DNA from: Camelus dromedarius
Taxonomy: Eukaryota
Length of the DNA: 64,000 nucleotides
NCBI RefSeq assembly: GCF_036321535.1
Contig: NC_087437.1
Coordinates: forward strand, 80,292,001-80,356,000
Direction of reading: 5' to 3'
Numbering within the stretch: position 1 is the stretch's first letter; the number at the start of each line of letters is the position of its first letter. Below, in pieces: positions 39,715-51,369 of the stretch. The notes under the pieces were generated by a model. That model was given only the letters and a program-made list of their open reading frames with translations, was not told the DNA's origin and searched no databases. The position numbers and the translations under genes are program-made.

Positions 39715-40205
39715 ACTCACACACAGCATATACAAAAATTAACTCAAGATGGATTAAAGACCTGAAAACATAAAACTCCCAGCGGAAAACCTAGGCAGAA
39801 CACTCTTTGATATAAATTGTAGCAATATTTTGGGGGCTCTATCTCCTAAGGTAAAAGAAACAAAAGCAAAAATAAGCAAATGAGACTTAATTAACCTTAA
39901 AAATAAAACAAATGAATGTATATAACAAAACAGAAACAGATTCACAGATATAGAGAACAAACCAGTGGTTACCAGTGGGCAGAGGGCAGGGGGAAGGGAC
40001 AAGACAGGGGGAAGGGATTGAGAGATACAAACTACTATGTATCAAATAAATAAGCAACAGGGCATATTGTATACCACAGAAAAATACAGCCATTGTTTTG
40101 TAGTAACTTTAAATAGAGTATAATCTATAAAAATATTGAATCACTATGTTGTACATCTGAAACTCATCTAATATTATAAATTGACTATATTTCAATTTTA
40201 AAAAA
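39715..40205 (+). mobile_element. L1 with a large internal deletion (ORF2 piece joined to 3'UTR)
   Basis: ORF2-like tacaaaaattaactcaagatggattaaagacc...gacttaattaacctt joins directly to the 3'UTR aaacaaatgaa...cagaaacagattcacaga at ~39900. Confidence 0.85.
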
Positions 40206-41719
40206 TTCATAGGCTAGCCAGAAAGTAGGAGGTAGGGGGACTTGATAGGCAAGAACATGAGCGTGATCTTCCTGATGCGGTAACCTCAGGGCTGGCTACA
40301 TAGTACTGCAAGTTTTCTGTGCACACCAAACAAGCCATCATATGTTTATCACTGCCACTTTGGCACTACTCTCTGCTACCTTTGTGCAGTGGGGTAGGGT
40401 GCGATGGGAGAAGAGTTTGTTGTGCATTCCATTTAAGTGTTTTTATAACCAGAGAGAAAAAATAATTCCATTTTAAGAGACTTTTTCAAATCAAGGCTAC
40501 TCCACATAACCTGCACTCGGTTTTAATAATATTTTGTATACAATAAAATGTTCCCATGTGACTGTTCAACGAATGTATTTTGTAAACTTTGATTCATCCT
40601 CTAAATCCTCATCAGAACGGTGGCAGGAACTCGTCCCCGCATCCCTTAAGGGCACTAGGTGGTAAGGAGCTTGCCCAGATCAACAAGCCGGGAGCAGAGG
40701 ACAGCTCTGTTTCCATTAAATCTCATTCTTTCCTTGTCACACTGAGTGGAAAAAATGGGCCTTAGGATAATCTGACAGGGCTGACCTGCCAAAATCCACC
40801 AAAGGGAAAAAAATAAGCAAAGAAATGGCTACCTTCAAGTCTTTTCTCAGGAACCCTTTCAGCTTTGGGGAGAAGAGAAGGGATATCGTGCTCATCCATC
40901 CAAATGTCTTCGTTCTGTGTCCTCCATCCCATCCCCCAAAGCTTCTGAACCTCTTAACCTAAAAAAAAAAAACCCTCTGTCCTATGATTAAAGATATAAC
41001 TGAAAATGCTAATATGATGAGGTTAAAAGTCACATTGACCTTAAATCACATAAAATTGTATCCGAAGGTTCTCTCTTGGTTTAGGGGAAAGGGAAAGTTT
41101 GTCTTGCTTGCATTTTAATTTATCTTTTAAAAAAATGCATAAAGTGGCAGGGAAAAGACTTGAGACGAAGAAGCTGGGAGCACTAGAGCTCATTTTCCAA
41201 CTTCAGTTGCTTCTCCGGTTGCTTGAGGCCCAGCCCAGTACGAGAGGCTTTGCGCTGGTGCAAATGTGGAGGGGTCTGACAACCACTCAGAGTTGCTAAG
41301 AATCAGGAAACCGAAATGCCAAAGATGACAAATATTTTTACAGACCACATTTACGTTTCATTCTTTTTAACAAAATACAATTAAATAACATTTATTGGGA
41401 GGCAGTAAAGAGCTGGTTTAAAAAAAAAAAGTTAAAAACATTTTTAAAGAGAAAACAGCTCACCTGTCCTCATATTCTGAAAAATACAGATTATGAGACT
41501 TCAAAAACACATTGTGAACTAGGACATGCAGTTTTTCCCTGCTAAAGAGAGCTTTACAAAGAGCTTATTTCATTAAAAAGTTTAAAAGAAGAGAGCCCCA
41601 CTGGAATAAAGCCCTTATCAGAGACAGAGCCTGAGAGCTTGCCTTGATTCCAGAAATCATTCCTGGGAATTAAGAGATTAAAAGCATTGTTGATCTGAGT
41701 GTGTATTACAAGAGAGATC

Positions 41720-41915
41720 TGCAGTCTTAATCTATCTCTGGCTCTTTCAAATTGCATAACTTTGCCAACTTACTTACACTCTTGGATTTCAGTCTCTCCT
41801 CACTTGTAAAGAGGGCCGGTGACACCTGTCTCCTAAAACGAGTGTAAGGATTAGATGGGATCAGGTGTGAAAAGCACAATGTCAGGCATGCAATAAACCG
41901 TGTCTATTATTATCA
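41720..41915 (+). mobile_element. MIR SINE
   Basis: ttcagtctctcctcacttgtaaa...gtaaggattagatggga...gcaataaaccgtgtctattattatc. Confidence 0.65.
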
Positions 41916-42739
41916 CTCTTACATATTGCTTATTGAACCACCCCTTAACTTCACACCTCTAGCAACACGACAGTCTGATCTGCGACCTGGACAAGGAAAG
42001 GTTAATCCACTGGGATTTTGCAGGGCAGTCCTGGTGGAAGCCCCTGTGAAGCCCTGCGAACTGGAGCTGGGGGCCGGCATGGGGAAACAAATGAGAAGGC
42101 GGAAGGGGCCATCCACGGGGCTGCTGAAGCCCCACTCAGAGAACTGACCAACACTGTCCCTGCTCTTGTTCTCTTGTTACTCTTAAAAGCTCAGAGTAAT
42201 ATTTCAGAAATGTGCCAAATACTCCTCTCAAAATATTTTTAATAGGCTGGAGCCGAAGTATAGCCTATGAAGAGAATGGGGGAAATCCAAACAACGTTTT
42301 GGTTCCCAACACCCCCTAAATGGTTCCTGACCATGGGCAAGTGAAGAATGCTCCTTCAAAGCAAATCCAGGTGCTGAGAACAATATCTATTCTTTAGTCC
42401 CAGAGGAAACCCACCAGTCTTCTTCCCATCTCCCAGAGTGCCCTGGGAGTCCAATTCCTGGCTTCCTGAAGGCTAGCACGTCCGTGTCACTATCACAGGT
42501 GGGGTGAGCAGACACGTTACAGCAACTCACCTACAAGCCTGCTGCTTAGAGAACAGCAAAGGAAGGTGGGCCTCCAGTATAAACACTGTGGAATTTAAGG
42601 GAGTCAAGGCAGTGTGGGGGAGTTGGGGGATACAGGATCCTGAAAACTTGCAGTAAGGATTTAGAATTCCAATTTTTAACGTGCAGAAATTAAATCAAAT
42701 TTTGCAGAATATTCTAGAAAGCTCAGAATCTTCCATGAT

Positions 42740-42960
42740 AACCATCAGGGCCTCTTTCTCCAGTCCAGTCACTAGTTATATCTGCTTGATCTTTCACCAA
42801 GCCTCTTGCATCTGCCCCTTTCCTTCCATGACCACTGCCCAAATTCAGGCCCCCACCCTGGCACATCCTAACTTAACACTATCATTTCATAATGCTCTTT
42901 CTTTCCCCTCCTGGTCCCCAAAGGCAAAGTCTTCTAAAAATCCTCCTAGCTGCATGTGAA
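42740..42960 (+). mobile_element. L2 LINE fragment
   Basis: tccagtccagtcactag...tctgcccctttccttccatgaccactgcc...caggcccccacc. Confidence 0.5.
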
Positions 42961-43095
42961 ACTATAGTAGGATTCTCAGCTAGAACATTAGAAGCATTCA
43001 CCTTAGAGCATCTGGGAGACACAGTTGAGGTGGCCCTAAAGGGTGTGAGACGAAAGAGGTTGACTTAACATGAGAAATTGAAATAACTCCCAATG

Positions 43096-43285
43096 ATTTG
43101 CAAATATGAACTACTATATATAAGAATAGATTTAAAAAAACAAATTTCTTCCGTATAGCACAGGAAACTATATTCAATATCTTGTAATAACCTTTTATGA
43201 AAATGAATATATGTGTCCCTGGGACATCATGCCATACACCAGAAACTGACCCACTGTAAGTGACTATACTTCAATGAAATACATA
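43096..43285 (+). mobile_element. Young L1 3'UTR fragment
   Basis: gatttgcaaatatgaactact...gtatagcacaggaaactatattcaatatcttg...tacaccagaaactgac...gactatacttcaat. Confidence 0.88.
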
Positions 43286-43979
43286 ACTCTGGGAAAATAA
43301 CTCTCCCTTGGGAAGAGCAGCCCTTAACGTAAAAGCTTGGCCTGATAATAAAGCTTCAGTGTTAGAAGGGAGGGCAGCTTTTTTCAGAATGATTCCAGTT
43401 TAGTCAAATTTTCCTCTGGCCCAGGCCCCATGGACCATGATGGAGTCCCCCAGGAGACGGGCTAAACATACAAACAGAAGGAATGAAGTTTAATATGAGG
43501 ACAGAGGAGAGATTCTCACGACATAAGGGAAGGAAATGAAGTGGTTCTGGCGCCTCGAGGAAGCAATTGTGGTAACGTGGGCCCTGTGGACGGCCTGGCA
43601 CCGGCCGTGACAGGAGCTAGAAGCTGGCACTGACAGGAGATGATTTCCCAACATTCTCCCAAAGTCACCTGAAGGTTCTTGGAACCTTTTGCATTTGCTT
43701 CACCAGAAACAGCAGTCGCAGGAGTAAATGGTCACGTATGGCCAAAGCGGAGGAAAACGTGGCAACCTGGTGTGAGCTGCCGCGAATTCTGCTCATTAGC
43801 ATGTGTGAGATAGTCCTGGAAACCCTACAAATTTAGGAAGATTTATTTAAAGGGAATTTGTAAGGCCCCACCTAAGATGGTGGGGACATTTATGCTGTTG
43901 GCCCCTTTTTCCTTCAGGCTGGGGTGGCTTGAGGAAATGTGGTATTGAATCACAGAATAGTTTATCGGGGGGGAGAAAA

Positions 43980-44180
43980 TGGTATTTGTTAAATGTCTGC
44001 TATATGTTAGGTGCCATTAGTATATTTGCAGCTCGTTCATTTAACTTTACAGTAACTCTACAAATCAGATACTTTTATCCCCATCTAGTTAAAGGTGAAG
44101 GAACTAAGGTTCAGAGTAAATTACCTGCCCAAGACCACAGAGCTTGCCTGAGATTGCACCCAGTTCCCTTGAATGCAGGG
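43980..44180 (-). mobile_element. MIR SINE
   Basis: atttgttaaatgtctgctatatgttaggtgc...ttttatccccat...ggaactaaggttcagag...cctgcccaagaccacagag. Confidence 0.75.
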
Positions 44181-44822
44181 CCTTTCCTTTCACCATTGTA
44201 CTCGCACTTGTGTAGGAAAACCATCTTCAGTAATGCCTGCTACCAAATGGGTGGCATCAAAACATGATTGATTTGCTACCATTCTACATTAAGCATCACG
44301 TCCTGAATATGCTCTGTTAGCATCACAAGTCATCACAAAATATAAACAAGTCAAATTTGGAGGCCCATTATGTTACAAAAGCATTTTATGTGCAGGAAGG
44401 AAAACAGAACAAAAGAGAACAGTTGGCAGGTCCCACTGACAGCTGTGAATCTTCTTATCTACACCATCAGTGAAATTCCAGAAGGGATGCATTACAGTGA
44501 ATGAGAATGAAATGAACTTGGCCTTGTGCCTATGCAAGTTTCTTGTCAGTGTTCTGCCTCTGGGATTCTAGTGTCCATTGGAAACACAACCCGTTCCATT
44601 GCATTAAGCGTTTTTTGACCTTAAGGAAATAGATCCTGTTTGAAACAAGCACATATTTAAGTAATTCCAGGATCTACCTCTATGCCTTGCAGGGACATAA
44701 TTACACTCCAGAAGTGAATAAAACTGTTTCTTTATGTAAAGTGTACCTAGAAAGAAACCCAAGTGTGTGTGTTAATGTTAGAAGCAAAGAGAATATAAAG
44801 CAGTCAAAAAAAGGGGATGTTG

Positions 44823-45284
44823 ATATACAATGGAATACTACTCAGTCATAAAAAAAGAATAAAATAATGCCATTTGCAGCAACCACATAGATGGACCCAG
44901 AGTTTATCATACCAAATGAAGTAAGTCAGACAAAGACGAATATCACATGATATCACTTACATGTGGAATCTTTTTTTAAAAAATGGCACAAATGAACTTA
45001 TTTGCAAAATAGAAACAGGCTCACAGACATAGAAAACAAACTTATAGTTACCAGGAGGAAAGGGGGAGGGGGAGGGATAAATTAGGAGTATGGGATATGC
45101 AGATACTACCTATTATATACAAAATAGATAAACAACAAGGTCCTACAGTATAGCACAGGGAACTATATTCAATATCTTGTAATAATCTATAATGATAAAG
45201 AATATATGTATGACTGAATCACTATGCTGTACACCTGAAACTAACACAACATCGAAAATCAACTACAATTCAATAAAAGAAAAA
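44823..45284 (+). mobile_element. 5'-truncated L1 (ORF2 end plus 3'UTR)
   Basis: tacaatggaatactactcag...ataatgccatttgcagc...tatgactgaatcactatgctgtacacctgaaactaacac; candidate TSD ...GGGATGTTG ending at 44822 and 45441. Confidence 0.9.
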
Positions 45285-45426
45285 GGCAGGAGGGATAGGG
45301 TATAGCTCAGCAGTGGAGCACATGCTTAGCATATACAAGACCCTGGGTTCAAGCTCTAGTTCCTCCCTTAAGATAAATAAATTAATTACTTCCTCCCCAA
45401 AATATAAATAAATAAGAAGAAATTTT
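45285..45426 (+). mobile_element. tRNA-Ala(AGC)-derived SINE, camelid vic-1 type
   Basis: GGGTATAGCTCAGCAGTGGAGCACATGCTTAGCATATACAAGACCCTGGGTTCAAGCTCTAGTTCCTCC resembles tRNA-Ala-AGC (A box, CTTAGCA anticodon loop, B box GGTTCAA), followed by an AT-rich tail. Confidence 0.85.
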
Positions 45427-45454
45427 AAAGGTGGGATGTTGGTTACTTTGTGTC

Positions 45455-45810
45455 TCACAGACATCTCACACTTGTCTTCATCAACACTACATTCATCATG
45501 TTCCCCCTGTTCCTGGTTCTTAACTTGAGGAATGGCTCCAACATTCACCCTGTTGTCAACACTGAAACCAAGCATCCAAAGTGGCTTGTCTCTCTCTTCC
45601 CACTCACATCTAGTTGACCACCGAATCCTTTTGTTCCTAACTTCTAATTATTTTTCCATCCTTCCCTTTGACTTCAACCCCAATTAGACTACCTGAATTA
45701 AAGTCACCATCATCTCTTCCCTGATTTGCAGAAAGACTTTCCAACTGGTTTCTCTCCATCCTGTGTTTGTCCTCATTAAATCATTCTCCAAGTACATCAA
45801 AGGTAGTTTC
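45455..45810 (+). mobile_element. L2 LINE fragment
   Basis: gaatggctccaacattcaccctgttg...gaaaccaagcatcc...gtcaccatcatctct. Confidence 0.6.
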
Positions 45811-45814
45811 ATTT

Positions 45815-46590
45815 TTGAAATTTAATTGTGGTAAAATATACACAACATGTATCATCATAACCACTTCTAAGCGTGCAGTCAGTGACCATTAAGTATTTCA
45901 GTTTTCCCACCATTACCACTGCCCATCCACAGAACTCCTTCCATCTGACAAAACGAAATTCTCTGCCTATTAAACAATAACTCCCCACTCCCTCCTCCTC
46001 CCAGTACCTGAAAACATCATACTATCATATATATATATATATATATGTATGTATATGTATATATGTGTGTGTGTGTATATATATATACATATATAGCATT
46101 TGTATATATATATAGCATTTTGTTTATATATTCATTTCTAGATGGACATTCGAGCTGTTTCCACCTTTTAGCTATTGTTGATAACACTGTTATGAACATG
46201 GGTGTACAAAAAGCTCTTCTTGAGCCTCTGCTTTCGGTTCTTTGGGGTATACACCTACAAGTGGAATCTCCAGATCATAAGGTAGATTTACTTCTAGTCT
46301 TTTGAAGAATTGCCATATTGTTTTCCACAAGGGCTAAACCATTTTCCATTCTCATTAACAGTGCATTAGGGTTCCAATTTCTCCATACTCTCACCAACAC
46401 TTGTTATTTTCTGGCTTTTTGATAGTAGCCATCCTAATGTGTGGTGTCTCAATGTGGTTTTGATTTGCACTGGTGATGTTGAGCATCTTCTCCTGTGCTT
46501 GTTGGACATTTGTATATCTTCTTTGGAGAAATGTCTATTCAAGTCCTGTGCTCATTTTCCAATTGAGGTGTTTAGTTTTTTGTTATTGAA
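45815..46590 (-). mobile_element. L1MB-type 3' end, with a TA/TG microsatellite at ~46026-46113
   Basis: ttaattgtggtaaaatatacac start; antisense ORF2 C-terminus (ttctttggagaaatgtctattcaagtcc). Confidence 0.88.
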
Positions 46591-46725
46591 GTATAGCCTC
46601 ATTTTTATTTTCCACTATAATGTTTAGTTTCCAGCTATAGTACTGTTAAATTTTATTTCTTCATAATTTAAGACCATGTCTCAGGTATACAACAGTTAAA
46701 GACTATTGTGTCTTTTTTAACTGTG

Positions 46726-47099
46726 AATTAAACAACAAAAAATATTGACTCACAGTTCTGAAGGCTAGAAATCCAAGATCAAGGTGTCATCAGGGCTGGT
46801 TCCTCCTGAGGACTGGGAGGGAGAATCTGTGCCCTGCTTCTCTCTAGCTTCTGCTGGTCTCAGATGTTCCCGGACTTGTGGGTGGCCTTCTCCCTGTGGC
46901 TCCACATCATCTCTGTCTCTTCACATGGCATTCATTTTCTAAGGACACCAGCCATATTAGACCACTCGATTTCAGTATGACCACATTTTAACTAATTATA
47001 TCTGCAGTGACCTTATTTCTAATAGGGTCACATTTTGAGGTACTAGGGATTAGGATTCCAACGTATGAATTTGGGGGGGACACAATTCAACTGGTAACA
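46726..47099 (-). mobile_element. MaLR LTR, MLT1B/C-like
   Basis: ctcacagttctgaaggctagaaatccaagatcaaggtg...gagggagaatctg...ggggggacacaattcaac. Confidence 0.88.
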
Positions 47100-47392
47100 C
47101 CAATCAAGATTTTATAGCCACTGCCTTTAGTTTCACCTTTACCCAAAAAAATGTTAACACTTCATGTTAAAAGGTATCTAAGAAAGAAACATTCTAATCT
47201 TCTTGTTATTGAAACTGCCTTCAACCGAAATAATTTTGATGACCCATGAAAGAGTCATTTGTTGTCTACAAGGATAATAAGGATATAAAACCCAGATGAT
47301 ATACCCCATTACCAATCCAGTGAGGGAAATTGATAAACTGGGTTTTACTCATCTGAATGCTAAAGAAAGAACAAATTTTAAGAATGATGTGC

Positions 47393-47551
47393 AGAACTAT
47401 ATTCAATTTCTTATAATAACATATAAAAACAAATAACATCTGAAAAGAAAAAATATACATGTATGTATATGTATAACTGAATCACTTTATTGTACACCTG
47501 AAACTAACATTGTAAATCAACTACACTTCAATAAAAATTTTTTTTAAAAAA
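47393..47551 (+). mobile_element. Short L1 3' tip
   Basis: gaactatattcaat...gtataactgaatcact...tacacctgaaactaacattgtaaatcaactacacttcaat; imperfect TSD AAGAATGATGTGC (47380-47392) / AAGAATGGTTTGC (47552-47564). Confidence 0.87.
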
Positions 47552-47651
47552 AAGAATGGTTTGCCTCGAAAATAACAGCCATTTAAGCATCTATAACAGT
47601 AGCTATTTGTTCTCTAGAAATTCAACTATTACATTTTAGAATTCAATTGCA

Positions 47652-47746
47652 AACATGTGTATGTATAAGTATGACTGAAACATTATTATGCTATACACCA
47701 GAAACTGACACAACATTGTAAACTGACCATAAGCTAATAAAAAAAA
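47652..47746 (+). mobile_element. Short young L1 3' tip (95 bp)
   Basis: Perfect TSD AGAATTCAATTGCA at 47638-47651 and 47747-47760. Confidence 0.92.
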
Positions 47747-48294
47747 AGAATTCAATTGCAGTACCCTCAATTTTGAGTCAGTAATGTACTTTATTACTAA
47801 CTTCAGTGCTGTGCTTCTTAGTTACTGTTATTCTGCACCATTGGCAAAAAAAATAAACATTTCACTTGACTATTAGTAATTTTTCAATAGAGATATAAAT
47901 TTGCCTAGGGCAGGTGGATTTTTGTGTAATTGCTACTGGAGCTAGACCAAGAAAGAATTATTATTCAAGATTCAAAGTTGATAAACATAGGAAGGACAGA
48001 TTGGGTTCAAGAATAACCTAAGATTCTAAATCAGAATCCAGGTGAATTCAAAGGATTACATCAGTTCCCTCTTTCTTTTCCTCTTGGCCTGCCCTAGTTG
48101 ACTTAATTTACCCAATATAGCTGACTTTCTCTATTAGGTTTCCCCCATAAAAACCACCTCTTAGCAAGATATCTAATCTCTCCTTTCAAAGTCTAGAAAT
48201 CATCAAAAAAAGTATTCATATTTAGATATAACAGAAGACTGATAAATACACACACGTGTGTGTGTTTTGTAGGACTGTAACACTATAGACTATG

Positions 48295-49655
48295 ACAATG
48301 CATATTGAAAACTACCAGACATTGATAAAAGAAATCAAAGAAGACATAAATAAATGGAAACACAGTCTGTGCTTATGGATCAGAAGAATTAATATTGTTA
48401 ATTTTTCCATACTATCCAAAGCAATCTACAGATTCAGTGCAATCCCTATCAGAGTTCCAACGACATTTTTCACAGAAATGGAACAAATAATCCTAAAATT
48501 TGTGTGGAACCACAAAAGAACCCAAATAACCAAAGCAATCTTGAGAAAGAAGAACAAATCTGAAGCCATCATACTCCCTGATTTCAAATGCTATTACAAA
48601 ACCACAGTAATTATAATAGTATAGTATTGTCATAAAAACAGACACATAGGAACAGAATAGAGAGCCCAGAAAATAAACCCACGCATATGTGGTCAATTAC
48701 TCTACGACAATGGAGCCAAGAATATACAATGGGGCAAGGGCAATCCCTTCAGAAATGGTTTTGGGAAAACTGAACAACCACATGCAAAAGAATGAAACTC
48801 GACCATTATCTTACACTACACCCAAAAATTAATTCACAATATAAGACCTGAAATCATAAAACTCCTAGAAAACATAGGTGATTAGCTCCTTGACATTGGT
48901 CTTGGCAATGATTTTTTCAATCTGACATCAAAAGCAAAAGCCAAAAAAAAAAAAAAAGCAAAAATAAACAAGTGGGACTAGATCGAATTAAAAACCTTCT
49001 GCATAGCAAGGAACCCATCAGTAAAATTAAAAAGCAGCCTACCCAATGGAAGGAAACATTTGCAGATCATTTATGTTAAGAGAAGGTTACCAAGTGTCTA
49101 ACAAGTGAGACATGCTGACAAAGGGATGACTCATTTCAGTGGGATGGAGCAGTACTGTGCAAGATTTCATCACACTACTCAGAACAGCATGCAATTTAAA
49201 ATTTATGACTTGCTTATTTATGGAATTTTCCATTTAATGTTTCCAGACTATAGTTGACCACATGTCACTGAAACTGCAGAAAGTGAAATCATGGATAAAG
49301 GGGGACTGTTTATGCACCCCTATGTTTATTGCAGCACTGTTTACAATAGTCAAGACATGGAAGCAACCTAAGTGTCCACTGATGGATGAATGGATAAAGA
49401 AATTCTACACATAATGGAATATTATTCAACCATAAAAAAGAATGAAATCTTGCCATTTATGACGATATGGATGGACCTCAAAGGCATTATGCTAGGTGAA
49501 ATAAGTCAGAGGAACACAAACACTGTATGATCTCTCTATGTGTGACATTAAAAAAAATTTCACAGATACAGATATAGAGAACAGACTGATAGTTGCCAAA
49601 GGCAGGGACAAGGGAGAACTGGGTAAAGGGGATCAAAAAGTTAAAAAAAAAAGAT
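48295..49655 (+). mobile_element. L1 ORF2 fragment plus partial 3'UTR, interrupted by a MER44/Tigger7 piece
   Basis: ORF 48292-48624 ([18 protein letters not shown]...[11 protein letters not shown]...LKFVWNHKR...KAILRKKNK) is L1 ORF2; L1 resumes at 49311 (tgcacccctatgtttattgcagc). Confidence 0.9.
49075..49310. mobile_element. One-ended MER44/Tigger7-like DNA transposon fragment
   Basis: gatttcatcacactactcagaac...ggaattttccatttaat...actgaaactgcagaaagtgaaatcatggataaagggggactg resembles the MER44 terminus; followed by TA. Confidence 0.8.
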
Positions 49656-50064
49656 GTAGAATCAACTTCCCTATCCATTAAATATGGGATAGCTTTTGAC
49701 TTGCTGCATCCAACAGAACATAGAAAAAGCAAATGCCTCTGCTTTTCCTCCCTTGGAACACAGCCCTGAGACTGTCAGTTGAACAAGTCCAGACTAACCT
49801 ACTTGAGGATGAGAAGCCAGGAGAGAAGAGCTATTCCTTCTGAGTCCCTGGATCCCCACCAGCTAACAGCCTGCTCCAACTCTGAGCAAGGCCATGTTAG
49901 ATCATCCAGCTCTGGTTGAGATACCAAAATTTCTGCAGCTGCAAAAGTAACTCCAGGGGATACCAGCAGAGGATCCTAGCCCAAATTGCTGACAACAGAA
50001 TCATGAGCTAATAAAATGGCTATGATTTGGGGATTGGTTTGTTACATGGCAATAAATTAGTACC
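49655..50064 (+). mobile_element. MaLR LTR, MLT1F/G-like
   Basis: gacttgctgcatccaacagaa...cccaaattgctgac...agaatcatgagctaataaaatgg...gtttgttacatggcaata. Confidence 0.7.
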
Positions 50065-50439
50065 AAGGATAGTATAGGGTCTGGGGCTTAAAAAACCAAA
50101 AGTGAGGGAGGAAATCATCAGTATCAGGATTACTAGTGGAGGCATCTTGCTGGGCATGATTGGTCCTCCCAGAATTAAAGCCTTGGCCTCTGTTTCAAGA
50201 TGCTGAAAATACAGGAGAGAGATAAGACATGTGTCCATGAAAAGGATCATGAAGATATTAGGAGAGAGTGATCCAGGCAGGAGGTTCAGAGGAGAGTCCC
50301 TGACTGGGGAAGCCAGGGAAACTACTCCAGCGGGGGTGGAAGTTCAACCCCTGCCCGTTCCTACAAGAGCCTTTAATGCCTAAGGGACTCCAATGATCTG
50401 AAATAAGACTGCATCTCATAGTAGCCACAAGTGCAGGCT

Positions 50440-50600
50440 GGGGAGTCAAATGGGACTAAGTTTGCATCCCATCTCTGCAACTAACTAGCTTTGCGACCTA
50501 GTGCAAATTGCTTGACCTCTCTGTGCCTCTATTTCCTGATCTGTCAAATGGGAGTAATAATTGTACCTCCCTTAAAAGGTTGCCATGAGCATTTAAAGAG
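50440..50600 (+). mobile_element. MIR SINE
   Basis: ctaactagctttgcgacc...acctctctgtgcctctatttcctgatctgtcaaatgggagtaataattgtacct. Confidence 0.85.
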
Positions 50601-51129
50601 ATTGGTACTGAGTACAAGTTCAATTGCATTGAGTATTATTCAATAATACTCAGGGCTATAATGGGTATTATCATTTTCTTACATCTCTATGAACATAGTT
50701 TAATGTACCAATTTGGGCATGGAGGCAGACAGAACTTCTGTGGAAGGTCCAGGCAACAGGCATACCTCATCCCTCTATCCCCTCAGCAGTCATTTTTGAA
50801 GTACCTCCTATGTGCCAAGGACAGTCACCATTTCCACCATGGTTGCCAAGGGAGTGGCCAGAAGGGAGCTGAAGGGAAATGAGTTCAATGTGATGGCCAT
50901 GGAATACACATTAATTTTGTTAATGCTCTACTTCAAAAGGGGGGTGGTAATAACATGATTGAGCATTTGTAAATTATTTTTAAACATGACATATATGTTA
51001 TTTTCACCCTTCTGTACCTACTTGACACAAATTTTGGAAGTAAAAATATATAACTAGGTAGATATACATCACAGGTTGAAAAAGTCTAGACTTTGGCCAT
51101 ACCATGTTGGTCTGTGGTGTTTGAAAAGT

Positions 51130-51226
51130 TTTGACAAAGTGGCCACCATTTTTAAATAAAGAAAATGTTATGCAAAAATCCGAATTTTGGCCTTATCTTG
51201 AAAAATTGGAAGACCTGGCAACACTG
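51130..51226 (-). mobile_element. hAT MITE fragment, MER103-like
   Basis: aaaaatccgaattttggccttatcttgaaaaattggaagacctggcaacactg. Confidence 0.6.
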
Positions 51227-51369
51227 AGCGTAGTCTGGAAGGTGACACTCAGAGATGAAGCAGTGACACCTCTTGGGCTTAGAGCGTTTGCTCAAGGTCT
51301 CCCACGCCCTCCACTCTCTATTGTCCCTCAAATCCGGGTCACTTGGCTTTGAACTTTGTAATTCTCAGT

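Noticed and set aside
45296..45367. tRNA-Ala gene
   Set aside because: Stems and the A/B boxes are degenerate and it is followed by a SINE-type AT-rich tail, so it is a tRNA-derived SINE.
48248..48263. Palindrome ACACACACGTGTGTGT (and a similar hairpin at ~32134-32162)
   Set aside because: Low-complexity CA/TG junctions, common in mammalian DNA; no evidence of function or of a miRNA-length hairpin.
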